From NCBI GenBank assembly GCA_965216215.1, contig CBDCFO010000006.1, positions 89,870 to 153,869 on the forward strand: DNA of 64,000 bases, read 5' to 3'. Origin of the DNA: Bryobacterales bacterium (GTDB lineage: Bacteria; Acidobacteriota; Terriglobia; Bryobacterales; UBA6623). Below the pieces are notes generated by a model. That model was not told the DNA's origin, did no database searches, and saw only the letters and a program-made list of their open reading frames with translations. This document shows, piece after piece, positions 1-9,934 of this stretch. Each line of letters starts with the position of its first letter. Positions within the stretch are counted from its first letter, which is position 1. A program made the translations under genes and the position numbers.

Positions 1-684
<684 letters not shown>

Positions 685-988
685 TCATCCCCCGGCCTTG
701 GCTTCTCGTCAATCCGGGCCTCGCGCCCAACCTTTCGTCCAGGCCTCGGGGGGATGGTTGCGGCGGGCCGACCAAGCTCATTTCCGATTCCTCGAATCCA
801 GCCCGAAACGGTCCGACCCGCCGCCCGACCCGGGGGTCTGCAGGCCCCCGGGTCGGCCCTCGCCCCCCGCTAAGCCGCAGGGGGTGCGGATGGCTCCCCG
901 GCCATCCAACGGAGCTGGACGCCGGGCTTCGCAACCCAGTCCAGAGTAGTCAAAGACTAGGTCCACGGCGCACCCTGACCAACATAGA

Positions 989-2388
989 AGCCTGAAGGAT
1001 CGGGGAGTGGGCATGCTGGGAATTGACTATCCAAGTGCAAAACACCAGCAAGCTGAACCTGCAACAGATCCAGCAGTTTCTCCACTCCAGCGAGGAGATT
1101 CGATTCAAAGGCAAAGGGCGGGCCGAGATCTACACGTGGGTGGCGCGCACGCTTCGCCAGCACGGCTACAGCCGCCAGAACCGCGCCGACAAAGGGCTGC
1201 TGCGGCAGTATCTGGTCAAGATGACCGGACTGAGCCGGGCGCAAATCACGCGGCTGATCCAGCAGTACCGGCAGGGCGGAGAACTCCAACCCGCCCGCTA
1301 CCGGCGGCAGCGCTTTGCCCGCAAGTACACGCCCGCCGACGTCGAACTGCTGGCGGCGGTGGACGAGGCCCACGAAACCCTCAGCGGCCCGGCCACGCGC
1401 AAGATCCTCGAGCGGGAATACCAGCAGTACCAGCAGCGCGAATACGAGCGGCTGGCGGGGATCTCGGTGGCCCAGATCTATCGCCTGCGGCGGCGCAGAG
1501 CCTACCGCCAGCGGCGGCTGCATTTCACCAAGACCCGGCCCACGGCGGTGTCGATCGGCGAGCGGCGCCGGCCCGACCCGCAAGGCCAACCCGGCTTTCT
1601 GCGAGTGGATACGGTGCATCAAGGGGCTCGCGATGGCGTCAAGGGCGTCTACCACATCAATGCCGTGGATGAAGTCACCCAGTGGCAAGTGGTCGGCGCC
1701 ACGCCCGCGATCAGTGAAGCCTGGCTGGAGCCGTTGCTGAAAGCCATGATCGAGCAGTTTCCCTTTCGTATCCGCGGCTTCCATTCCGACAACGGCTTGG
1801 TGGAATCGAAAAACGGCGCGGTGATCCGCAAACACATGGGATATACGTACATCGCGGCGCCGCACGCGGGGCGCATCCAGCGCTTCTACCAACAGCACTT
1901 CAATCCCTATTTGAACTTCCACCGGCCCTGCGGACAGCCCGAGATCAAGACCGACGCCAAAGGCAAGCAGAAGCGGGTGTACCGCCACTACCAGACGCCT
2001 TGGGAATCTTTCGAGAAGTTGCCCGAGGCCGCCAGCTATCTCAAGCCAGGGCAGAGGCTGGAGGCTCTGGGCCGCATTGCCCAGGCCGAAAGCGACACGG
2101 CGGCGGCCCGCCGGATGCAGCGAGCCAAGCAGAAGCTGTTTGCCAGTTTCCGTTCCGCGAACACGCCGTGCTGAACAGCAGGAAGAGGGCTGTGGAAATG
2201 ACGGACGATGGAAAACGAGGAAAACCAAAACCAGGTTTCCCTTCGTTTCCCACCGCCCTTGGAAATCGCTCCGCGATTCCCACAATCCCACAACCCCGAC
2301 GACGATTCTCTCCTTGCCAAAACTCAAAATCAAAAAGCCCGAAAGGAGCCCCAGCGACTCAAAAAGCCCCAACCCCCGTCTTCAGGCT
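989..2388 (+). mobile_element. Candidate ~1.4-kb IS element bounded by imperfect inverted repeats and carrying the 1023-2174 transposase
   Basis: Left AGCCTGAAGGATCGGGGAGTGGG (from 989) versus the reverse complement of the right end, AGCCTGAAGACGGGGGTTGGGG (ending 2388). The first 9 bp are identical and both are followed by a G-rich tail. No target duplication could be identified. Confidence 0.45.
1023..2174 (+). CDS. DDE (rve/integrase-core) transposase, probably defective through an in-frame internal deletion
   Basis: 383-aa ORF with an N-terminal HTH-like region and an rve core (GFLRVDTVHQG..., FHSDNG, ESKNGAVIRKHMGY). FHSDNG is followed directly by LVESKNG, so the roughly 35-45 aa normally separating the second Asp from the catalytic Glu appear to be missing. 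TTG start. Confidence 0.85.
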   Translation: MTIQVQNTSKLNLQQIQQFLHSSEEIRFKGKGRAEIYTWVARTLRQHGYSRQNRADKGLLRQYLVKMTGLSRAQITRLIQQYRQGGELQPARYRRQRFARKYTPADVELLAAVDEAHETLSGPATRKILEREYQQYQQREYERLAGISVAQIYRLRRRRAYRQRRLHFTKTRPTAVSIGERRRPDPQGQPGFLRVDTVHQGARDGVKGVYHINAVDEVTQWQVVGATPAISEAWLEPLLKAMIEQFPFRIRGFHSDNGLVESKNGAVIRKHMGYTYIAAPHAGRIQRFYQQHFNPYLNFHRPCGQPEIKTDAKGKQKRVYRHYQTPWESFEKLPEAASYLKPGQRLEALGRIAQAESDTAAARRMQRAKQKLFASFRSANTPC

Positions 2389-2525
2389 CATCCTTCGATG
2401 AGAAAATGCTCCGGCGGGCCCCGACTGCCTCCGAAACGGCCTCTATGCGGCCGCTGCCATCGTGGACGCGCGGGGGAGGTAACCCAGATCCTCCCGGGTA
2501 CGTCCGAACCGACATTGGAGACATA

Positions 2526-2951
2526 ATGTTCGGACGCGACAGCACAGACAGGAAAGAGCACCTCAAAGACCCCTACCCGGGGCTGTTCCAGAACCCGCCC
2601 CTGCTGTATCCGGAATTCGATGTCGACAAGCGCTTGCCCCTGGTCCGCTACCGGATCCTGGTCGACGGCGAGCAGGACGCGGCGGGCGAGTTCCATTGCG
2701 ACCACCTGTCCGCCCTCAGCACCGCCACCGGTATGCTTCACGCGGGGCGGTACGCACCGTTGGGCAAGCGCCTGGCTGAGGTCGAAGTCTGCGATGCGGA
2801 CGGAAACCCGCTCGGCCGCGACAAGCAGGTCCGCACCAGGGTGGCCGGCCAGAAGACGGTCCAGTGGCAAAGTTCGCTCGACCGCGTCGAGCGATCCTAC
2901 CGGACCGCGGCCACGGTTCGGGCGCTGGGTCCCCCCGCGTCGAGCCGCTAG
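2526..2951 (+). CDS. Hypothetical protein (141 aa)
   Basis: ATG at 2526 preceded by GGAG 6 nt upstream. The upstream part of track ORF 2208-2951 lies inside the IS right end and is not credible. No recognisable domain. The stop overlaps the convergent pentapeptide gene stop (CTAG). Confidence 0.5.
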   Translation: MFGRDSTDRKEHLKDPYPGLFQNPPLLYPEFDVDKRLPLVRYRILVDGEQDAAGEFHCDHLSALSTATGMLHAGRYAPLGKRLAEVEVCDADGNPLGRDKQVRTRVAGQKTVQWQSSLDRVERSYRTAATVRALGPPASSR

Positions 2952-3931
2952 CGCTCCAGCCCGGGCAGCATCCTGGCCCGCTCGGGCAGCTTCGCCGATC
3001 GCGGCAGCTTCGCGCCGTCACGGCTGGCCCCTTCGAGCTTCGCCCCCTCCATCCGCGCCCCGGAGAGCCGGCTGCCAGCCAGGTTGGACTCGCGCAGGTC
3101 CGCGCCGGTCAGGTCCGGCCCCCGCCGCCCGGGCGCTTTGGCACCCGCGAGCACCACCCCTCGCGCCCGGATCTCGCGCATGTCCGTGTTTTCCAGGTTG
3201 GCGTGGTGCAGGTTGGCGCCCGCCGCGTTGGCGCGCGTCATGCGCGCGTTGGTGAGATCGGCCTGCCCGAGGTTGGTGCCGCGCACCGAGGCGTCCTCGA
3301 GCACGGCGCTGCGCAGGTCCGCATGGCGCAGGTCCGTCCGCTGGCCTCCGCTCTGCTGGAAGAGCGCCTCGGAGAAGTCCGTCCCGACGGCCCGGATGCC
3401 GTACATCCGCGCCCCGTCGAACCCCGCCGCACGGCCGTCAGCCCCGCTGAAGTCGGCCGCTCCCAAGTCGGCGTTGGAGAAGTCGGCGTGCGACATCCGC
3501 ACATCGGTGAACCGCGCGCCATAGGCGACGGCTTCGCAGAGCGACGCCCTATGAAGATCTGCCCCGTCAAGACGGGCGTCGACCAGCCTGGCACCGTCCA
3601 GATTGGCACCTTCGAGCCGCGTGCCGCGCAACCGCGCGTCCGTCAGGTTCGCTCCCCGCAGGTCGGCCTGCCAGAGGTCCGCGCTTTCGAGCTGTGCCCC
3701 GGCGAGCCGGGCGCCACGCAGGTCAGCGCCTCGAAGGTTCAGGTTCGACAGGTTCAGCCGCTCGAGGTTGAAACCCCGCAGGTCCGCCTTGCGGCCGTCC
3801 TCCCCGCCGGTTTTGAGCCAGACCTGGTGGTCGGCGACGATCTTGCGCAGCTCCTCCGCGCGCTTGGCGTCGACGATCTTCTCCGCGACGATGTCGGCGA
3901 ACTGCTGCAGCGCCCGCTCCTCTCCCGGCAT
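2948..3931 (-). CDS. Pentapeptide-repeat protein, last gene of the T4SS operon
   Basis: About 270 aa of tandem A(D/N)LxX pentapeptides (ADLRGFNLERLNLSNLNLRGADLRGARLAGAQLESADLWQADLRGANL...). GGAGG SD upstream of ATG 3931, 9 nt after the virB11 stop. Confidence 0.9.
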   Translation of the reverse strand: MPGEERALQQFADIVAEKIVDAKRAEELRKIVADHQVWLKTGGEDGRKADLRGFNLERLNLSNLNLRGADLRGARLAGAQLESADLWQADLRGANLTDARLRGTRLEGANLDGARLVDARLDGADLHRASLCEAVAYGARFTDVRMSHADFSNADLGAADFSGADGRAAGFDGARMYGIRAVGTDFSEALFQQSGGQRTDLRHADLRSAVLEDASVRGTNLGQADLTNARMTRANAAGANLHHANLENTDMREIRARGVVLAGAKAPGRRGPDLTGADLRESNLAGSRLSGARMEGAKLEGASRDGAKLPRSAKLPERARMLPGLER

Positions 3932-3940
3932 GGCCGTCCA

Positions 3941-4945
3941 TCACCTCCCGGGCCGCGGCCAGAAGCGCCGCGTTTCCCAGCCGTCCCCCTGCGCCCTCAG
4001 GACGTGCACGGCCGAGGACACCCCGCGCCGCCCGTCCCGCCGCTCGACATGCACCACGAAATCGATCGCCTGGGCGACCTGCATGCACAGCACGGGCCAG
4101 GAGATTCCCTCGCTCCCCTGCAGGGCGCAGGAGGCGAGCCGCACCAGCGCGCTCTCGGCGTCGTTGGAGTGGATCGTGCTCAACGACCCCCCGTGGCCCG
4201 TGTTCAGCGCCTGGATCAGGTCCGCGGCCTCGCCCCCGCGCACCTCGCCCAGGATCAGGCGGTCCGGCCGGTGCCGCAGCGAGGCCCTGACCAGGTCCCG
4301 GATGGACAGCCCGGACCCGGTCAGCTCGCGCGCCTCCATCTGCAGCAGGTTCGATGCCTGGAGCTGGATCTCCGTGGTGTCCTCGATCACGAGGATCCGC
4401 TCGTCGTCCGGGATGACTCCGGCGAGCGCCTGCAGCAGCGTGGTCTTGCCGCTCCCCGTCCCGCCGGCAATCAGGATGTTGCGTCGCGCGCGGAGGTGCT
4501 CGGCAGCCTCCGCGTAGACGGCCGCCGGCAGGGACCCGGCCGCGACCAGGTCCTCGGCGCTGAACTGCCGCCCCCCGAAACGGCGGATGGTGATGGCCGC
4601 GTGCTGCACGACGGGAGGCAGCGCGATGGCGACGCGCGAGCCGTCGTCCAGCCGGGCGTCGACGATCGGGACCTTCTCGCCGGCCTCCAGGCCGAGCGGT
4701 CGCGCGATATGGATCGCGGCCGCGTAGATGTCCCCGACCGTCAGCCCGGCGGCCGCGACCTCGACCGGCTGGCCCCCGTCGCGCTCGACGAAGTACTTGC
4801 CGGGCCCGTTGATCATGAGCTCGCTGACGGTCTCGTCCTGGAATGCCTCCCGTACCACCTCGGGCAGCAGGGACATGACGCGGTCAAGCGCCGGCATCAG
4901 GGCCACCCGCCGCGGGCGTCCCGCGGCCTTCGCGTTGCAGTGCAA
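3941..4945 (-). CDS. virB11: VirB11/TrbB-type T4SS traffic ATPase
   Basis: Walker A GGTGSGKTT, Walker B ILVIEDTTE, RHRPDRLILGEVRGGEA and NTGHGGSLSTIHSN motifs. TTG start abuts the virD4 stop. An alternative ATG is at 4897. Confidence 0.9.
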   Translation of the reverse strand: MHCNAKAAGRPRRVALMPALDRVMSLLPEVVREAFQDETVSELMINGPGKYFVERDGGQPVEVAAAGLTVGDIYAAAIHIARPLGLEAGEKVPIVDARLDDGSRVAIALPPVVQHAAITIRRFGGRQFSAEDLVAAGSLPAAVYAEAAEHLRARRNILIAGGTGSGKTTLLQALAGVIPDDERILVIEDTTEIQLQASNLLQMEARELTGSGLSIRDLVRASLRHRPDRLILGEVRGGEAADLIQALNTGHGGSLSTIHSNDAESALVRLASCALQGSEGISWPVLCMQVAQAIDFVVHVERRDGRRGVSSAVHVLRAQGDGWETRRFWPRPGR

Positions 4946-6979
4946 TCATCCGTTCTCTCCTTTCGCGCCCAGCGCGCCCTCGCGAAGCGCCTGCCAGTAG
5001 GGCTTGTCCGCCGGCAGGAAATAGGGCTTCAGATACACCCGCCTGGCGGCCATCGCGTTGCAGCCGTCGAACGGGATCACGATTGCCTGGCAGGTGCCGA
5101 GCGCTTCGAAGTCGTTGGGGTGGAACCGGGGCTCGCGGCGGCCCTGGTAGGACCTGCCGGCGCCCATGCTGGCACGGGCGCCCCCGGCCTTGCCGCTCAG
5201 CAGCGAGACGCCCGCCTGCGAGGTGTTCTCGCTGAAGTTGTAGCTGGCCTTCAGGCGTTCCACGGTGCCGCACATCTCGGATGCGGCCTTGGAGGTGTCA
5301 GGGTCGGCCGAGGTCAGGAATACCCGCGTCCGGAACGACTGCAGCAGCGTCTTCCACGCGTCGCCCCGCGTCGCGCTCTTCAGGGAAGAGATCGACTGCG
5401 TGGCCACGATCGGCACCACCCGCGACTGGCGTGTCAGGGGGAACGCCTTCTCGTCGCCTTGCGGCTCGTCCTCGCCGACCGTCGCGAACGACTGGTACTC
5501 GTCGCAGACGAAGACAGCCGGCCGCCAGTAGCGGTCCGGCTGGGCGGCCATGTCGGCGGGCCGCCGCAGGGCCGCCTGCAGCCAGGCCCCCTTGAGCATG
5601 ACGCCGACCGCGCGAGCCAGTGCGGGGCTCGTCCCGGCCGGCATGTTCAGGCAGAGCACCGTGCCGTTCTCGATCAGCTCGCGCAGCCGGGGCAGCGGCT
5701 GCAGCAGCGCGGGGACGACCCCGCTGAACGTCGCCCCTTCCTCCGGGACCTCGCCGGCGGCCGGCGGGCCGGGACAGAACACTCGGGCGACCTCCGGCTG
5801 GTCGAAGATCCCCAGGAACGACGAGATGCCCTCCACGACCGACGTCCGCAGCTTGCCGTCGAGCTTCCGCCAGTCCTTCTCGAGCCACAGCTCGAACGCG
5901 GCAAGGCGCCCCTCGGCGTCGGCAGCGACAGGCGGACTGGAGGGCCGCTCGCGCTTCGCCGCGATGCCGGCCTCCTCGAGGGTGTCGAGCAGGCCGCGCG
6001 TCATGGCCGCGGAGAGACTGTCCCCCTCGCGGGCCCAGGGTCCGAACCGCTGAAGGGCGGCAACCCGCGGAGCGAAGTCCTCCGCCCGGACCGTCACGCG
6101 CATGGCCGGCTCGTCCCGCACGTCGGCGCACGCCTGCACCAGGCGGCTGCTCAGCAGGCCGCTGTCGATCGCGCACCGGTACAGGTCGCGGAGCGTCACC
6201 CAGCGGCTGCTGTGGATGCGGTGCAGCTCGATCAGGTTCCGCAGCAGATTGGTCGAGGCCTGCTGCCAGAACGGCTCCTTGCCCTTGCCGAAGAGCTGGT
6301 TGAGCAGCGAGCTCAGCTGGTACGCCAGCGAATAGGAATCGACCTCGGGCGCGTCGAGCGGGTTCCACTGCCACCGGCCGCCGATGCCGATCTCGGCGTA
6401 GTCGCCCTCCCGCTGGCAGGCCTTGAGAATGGCGCGGACGTGGTGGCAGAAGTCGCCCTTGACCTCGAGCACCAGACCGCTCGCCCGCTTGTCCGGATCG
6501 GCGGCCTGCCAGCTGAAGAGCTGCGCGACGAACGGCCGCATGCAGGCGGCCGTCTTGCCGGAGCCCGTGGCCCCGAAAATAGCGGTCCCGGTGAAGAGGC
6601 CCGCAGCGGGGACCGTCAGCCATGTCGGCCGCTCGACCTCGACGGGATCCACCGGGTGGTGCTGCTCTCCGATGACGATGGCGGGCTCGGCCTCCCGGCC
6701 GCTGAGCGGCCACTCGGGGAGCGTGCCGCGGACAGCGGCGGGGCTGCCGCGCGGCCCCCACACATCCCAGGCCGACAAGGCGAAAGAGCCGGCGACGCCG
6801 ACGCCGGCCGCCGGCCAGGCCCAGCCCCACAGCCAGAACGCCCAGTACAGCGCCGGATCGTAGACCGCGACCAGGTCCAGCGCAGGCGCCTCCCCGGGAG
6901 CGGGCCAGGGCCAGAAGCGCCAGCGCGCCAGGACAGCCACCGCGCCGAAGGCCGCCCAGGCCAGCGCTCGCGGCGTCAT
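4946..6979 (-). CDS. virD4: VirD4/TraG-type type IV coupling protein
   Basis: N-terminal TM segments, Walker A FGATGSGKTAAC, VFVCDEYQSF Walker B and a TraG/TraD-like C-terminal region (VPIVATQSISSLKS). I chose the start at ATG 6979 (MTPRALAW...). The track ORF extends to 7237 through a lower-GC, repeat-rich non-coding stretch. Confidence 0.85.
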   Translation of the reverse strand: MTPRALAWAAFGAVAVLARWRFWPWPAPGEAPALDLVAVYDPALYWAFWLWGWAWPAAGVGVAGSFALSAWDVWGPRGSPAAVRGTLPEWPLSGREAEPAIVIGEQHHPVDPVEVERPTWLTVPAAGLFTGTAIFGATGSGKTAACMRPFVAQLFSWQAADPDKRASGLVLEVKGDFCHHVRAILKACQREGDYAEIGIGGRWQWNPLDAPEVDSYSLAYQLSSLLNQLFGKGKEPFWQQASTNLLRNLIELHRIHSSRWVTLRDLYRCAIDSGLLSSRLVQACADVRDEPAMRVTVRAEDFAPRVAALQRFGPWAREGDSLSAAMTRGLLDTLEEAGIAAKRERPSSPPVAADAEGRLAAFELWLEKDWRKLDGKLRTSVVEGISSFLGIFDQPEVARVFCPGPPAAGEVPEEGATFSGVVPALLQPLPRLRELIENGTVLCLNMPAGTSPALARAVGVMLKGAWLQAALRRPADMAAQPDRYWRPAVFVCDEYQSFATVGEDEPQGDEKAFPLTRQSRVVPIVATQSISSLKSATRGDAWKTLLQSFRTRVFLTSADPDTSKAASEMCGTVERLKASYNFSENTSQAGVSLLSGKAGGARASMGAGRSYQGRREPRFHPNDFEALGTCQAIVIPFDGCNAMAARRVYLKPYFLPADKPYWQALREGALGAKGENG

Positions 6980-7027
6980 CGCGAAGCCCCCGGGGCGTAG
7001 CGGCCGCCTTCCCGCAGGGATGAATTC

Positions 7028-7114
7028 GTAGGAGCGACCCCCGGACGCGGGATCATGTAACGCAGTGAGGATCCCGTGGTAGTCCGCAGGGCCCGAAAGG
7101 GGGGTCGCTCCTAC
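7028..7114. repeat. Nested inverted repeat, candidate oriT or regulatory structure
   Basis: Outer 15-bp perfect IR GTAGGAGCGACCCCC (7028-7042) / GGGGGTCGCTCCTAC (7100-7114). Inner 7-bp IR CGGGATC (7048-7054) / GATCCCG (7070-7076) whose loop contains ATGTAACG. GATGTAACG recurs at about 7198 and 7221. Confidence 0.85.
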
Positions 7115-7275
7115 CATTCTCGAACCCCTTCGACTGCCGCCAAACGGCGGTGCCCTCCACGGAAGCCTTTTGTCCACAAGCAGTTGCACCGACCATGGAT
7201 GTAACGTCGTCGTGCCAGTCGATGTAACGCGCACCAAATGTCCCCGTTACAGGGCGAACTGCCACGACACTCACC

Positions 7276-8220
7276 TCAGCGCCCCGTCGGCCCCAACCCG
7301 GCCAGCAGCGCGTGAACCTCGTCCGGACGGACCCTGTCCTGGCGCCCGCGGCCAGAAATCTCGCGCTTCCGCTGCAACTCGGCGACCCGCTTGATCGCGC
7401 CGTTCAGCCCGCCCCACTTCGACATTGCGACATCGTCGAGCGCAGCCAGGGCTCGTTCGGCGACCTTCAGTTCCTCGAGTAGGGCATTACTCATCCGCGC
7501 TGCAGGCCCCTGAATCCCGCGCTCTTTCCACCTGGTCAGGACACGCGCGGCACCCGTCACGCGCTCACCGGACGCACTTACCGCAACCACCTCCACGCGC
7601 ACGCCGCGCTCGGCAAGCGCGGACCACAGGGAGGCGTGCTCCGCACCCCAGGAGAGCAGCTCGTCATGCGTCTCGCCTCCCGTGTCGACATAAACGAACC
7701 GAGCGATGCCATCCCCGAACGCGACGGGCATTTTCCACCCGAACGGGCGCACGGTCCGTCCCCCTTTCGGCGATCCATAGATGCGTCTCGGGAACGCCTT
7801 GCGTTCGATTCCAAGAGCTTCGAATGCCGCCACTTTCTCTTGTTCGGTGGGCAGCCAGGAACGATTGAGATCGCCGAGCACGCAGTCCAGTGACAGCAGG
7901 CGGCGGAGCACCGTGTCCGCTGCGGCGTCCTTGCGGTGCCGGATGTGCTCGGCGCCGAGGACTCGGTAGACAGCGCGGGCATACAGCCTGCAGACCCGTC
8001 CGAGACCAGGCGAATCGCATTCCACCGCGATTCCGTTTTGCAGCAGGGAATCGACAAGTCGATGCGCTGGCACCCTCGAACGGACGCCACGGAACCGCCC
8101 GTACTGCGAGCGCAGGAAGACGCCGCTGTGCAGCGCGACCAGCGCGATCCACTCCGCCTCCCTGGGCTTGAAGCCGAGTTCCTCGACGGCCTTCTCGCGG
8201 CCCTGCAGATGCGCGATCAC
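7276..8220 (-). CDS. Hypothetical protein (314 aa), replication-relaxation-like (tentative)
   Basis: GTG start at 8220 overlaps the upstream stop (GTGA). The sequence VIAHLQGREKAVEELGFKPREAEWIALVALHSGVFLRSQY...RRLLSLDCVLGD...FVYVDTGGETHDEL is protein-like. The first ~290 aa of track ORF 7276-9090 are an R/G/P-rich out-of-frame artefact. Confidence 0.6.
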   Translation of the reverse strand: MIAHLQGREKAVEELGFKPREAEWIALVALHSGVFLRSQYGRFRGVRSRVPAHRLVDSLLQNGIAVECDSPGLGRVCRLYARAVYRVLGAEHIRHRKDAAADTVLRRLLSLDCVLGDLNRSWLPTEQEKVAAFEALGIERKAFPRRIYGSPKGGRTVRPFGWKMPVAFGDGIARFVYVDTGGETHDELLSWGAEHASLWSALAERGVRVEVVAVSASGERVTGAARVLTRWKERGIQGPAARMSNALLEELKVAERALAALDDVAMSKWGGLNGAIKRVAELQRKREISGRGRQDRVRPDEVHALLAGLGPTGR

Positions 8221-9083
8221 AGCTCGAGCAGCCCTCCGTCGCCGCCGCGTCCGCCACCACCTCCGCCGCCTCCGCGGCCCTCGAGGGCCGCCAGGTCGAG
8301 CTTGCGCCGCGCGCGCCCGTCCGCGGCGTGCATGCGGAACCCCGCCGCGAGCTTCGCGGAGATCTCCTTGGCGCGATAGTGTCCGGTCGCGACCTCGACG
8401 TTGACGCGCCCCCCGCGGCCCTCCGCGTCGACGTACTCGATCTGCAGGTCCGGATAGATCACCTTGCCGTCCACGACCGGCACCCCCAGCGCCTTGGCCG
8501 CCGCCTGCTTGACCCGCTCGGCGGCCTCGCGCCCGGACCGGGCGCGGGCCTTCTCCGCGGCCTTGGCGACCGCCGACTTGAGTTCGGAGTCGCAGCGGAT
8601 CCGCCGCACCGTCGCGCCTTCCCCCTCGAGCTTCCGGCACTCCTCCCGCCCGGCCCGGTAGACCGCGCCCTCGTGCGATGCCTCGCGCGCCTTCACGCGG
8701 CCGCCCCAGTAGCGCTGCCCGGGATCCAGCGGCTCGCGACGCTGGCCGGCGGCCTCGCGCCGGCCGGCCTGGGTGAGGTGCAGGACCTTGAACGGCCGGC
8801 CCTTCGGCCCCCGCGCGGAGAACTCCTCGACCAGGCCGCGCCGCTTGAGCTCGTCGATCCCGCGCCGCGCGGCGTAGGGATGGCCACCGAAGCGCTCGGC
8901 CGCGATGTCCGCCACCGCCGCGCAGCGGTAGATCCCGAGATCCTCCAGGGTCCGCCCCTGGCGCGTGGCGAAGCTGGCGCGCTCGCGTCGCGGGTCGTGT
9001 TCCCGGGGGTGTCCGGTCCGCCCCGGGTTCGCCCGGCCCCGGCCCTGCCGGCGGTCCCGCTCGACCTGCTGCGCCCGGCTCAC
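8217..9083 (-). CDS. wHTH protein (288 aa), replication-relaxation (Replic_Relax)-like, Gly-rich C-terminus
   Basis: GTG 9083 overlaps the trbL stop (GTGA). It has LEDLGIYRCAAVADIAAERFGGHPYAARRGIDELKRRGLVEEF...FKVLHLTQAGR (winged helix) and then YPDLQIEYVD...VNVEVATGHY (PD-ExK-like). It ends in GGGGGGGGRGGDGG. Confidence 0.65.
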   Translation of the reverse strand: MSRAQQVERDRRQGRGRANPGRTGHPREHDPRRERASFATRQGRTLEDLGIYRCAAVADIAAERFGGHPYAARRGIDELKRRGLVEEFSARGPKGRPFKVLHLTQAGRREAAGQRREPLDPGQRYWGGRVKAREASHEGAVYRAGREECRKLEGEGATVRRIRCDSELKSAVAKAAEKARARSGREAAERVKQAAAKALGVPVVDGKVIYPDLQIEYVDAEGRGGRVNVEVATGHYRAKEISAKLAAGFRMHAADGRARRKLDLAALEGRGGGGGGGGRGGDGGLLEL

Positions 9084-9934
9084 CGGCCACCCCGCAGCGC
9101 TGCCGACCCCTTGACCATGACAGCCGCCTTGCCGGCCGTCGCGGTGGCCGCCAGCGCTCCCAGCATGCCGCCTCCGCTGACGCTGCCGGAGACCAGGCCG
9201 GACGCCAGTTCCGGGATCTTGAACGTGGCCAGGATCCCGGCCAGGGCGAGCGCGATATACGACACGATCCACATCAGCGCCGCGCCGAGGGCGGACAGGT
9301 CGGGCGTGAGCGACTCCCAGATGCCGTCGCTGGCCGCTCGCACCGCTGCCAGGAAGACGCGCAGGACGCAGGCGGCGACCGCCGAGTACAGCGAGTACGT
9401 CAGCAGCGTCCGCAGCCACCCCCAGAAGAGGAAAGCGAGCGGCTCGAAGAGCAGGAACGGCACGAAGATCGGCCCGAGGGCGACGGCCACCGCGATCGCG
9501 AACTGGGCCCAGATCACCTGGGCGTAGCTCAACAGCACCAGCAGCAGCGAGACGATCGCCATGAACACCGCCAGGACCGCCAGCACGGCGCCGGCGATCA
9601 GGTTGCCGCCCATCGCCCCTATGTTGAATATCCAGAAGATGCCCCAGTCGCTCGCCGACGCGATCGCTTCGGTGAACGCCCGCGTGACGAACCCCCCGAG
9701 CCACCTCCAGGTCGACGAGTAGCTGTCGCGGGTAACCGTGTCGGCGACCCACGAGCCCATGCCCACGATCGCCTCCGGCAAGGTCAGCCCGCCCACGGGC
9801 ATCGGCGTGTCGTAGTAGAACAGGATCGTCCGCGGGACCATGATGGCCGTCACCAGCCGCACGATATCCCAGCCCGAAAAGCCGCCGCCGGAGAAGGCGA
9901 TCCGCACCCCGGTCCAGACGATGACGATCGCCGC
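9080..9934 (-). pseudogene. trbL: trbL/virB6 C-terminal fragment (disrupted by transposon insertion)
   Basis: Polytopic membrane protein (…IVIVWTGVRIAFSGGGFSGWDIVRLVTAIMV...LGPIFVPFLLFEPLAFLFWGWLRTLLTYSLYSAVAACV...). The frame stays open upstream to 9934 and then enters the transposon end. The track lists only 9080-9907, from an internal GTG. Confidence 0.8.

Noticed and set aside
2864-7000. 1378-aa + strand ORF, the longest in the track
   Set aside because: It is antisense to the well-supported pentapeptide, virB11 and virD4 genes. Its translation is R/P/G/A-rich low complexity with no motifs, which is a typical open antisense frame in very GC-rich DNA.
7276-9090. 604-aa ORF treated as one gene; the same applies to 8217-9950 (577 aa)
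   Set aside because: Each is real only in its C-terminal part. The N-terminal parts overlap the neighbouring genuine genes out of frame. GTG starts at 8220 and 9083 give clean GTGA couplings.
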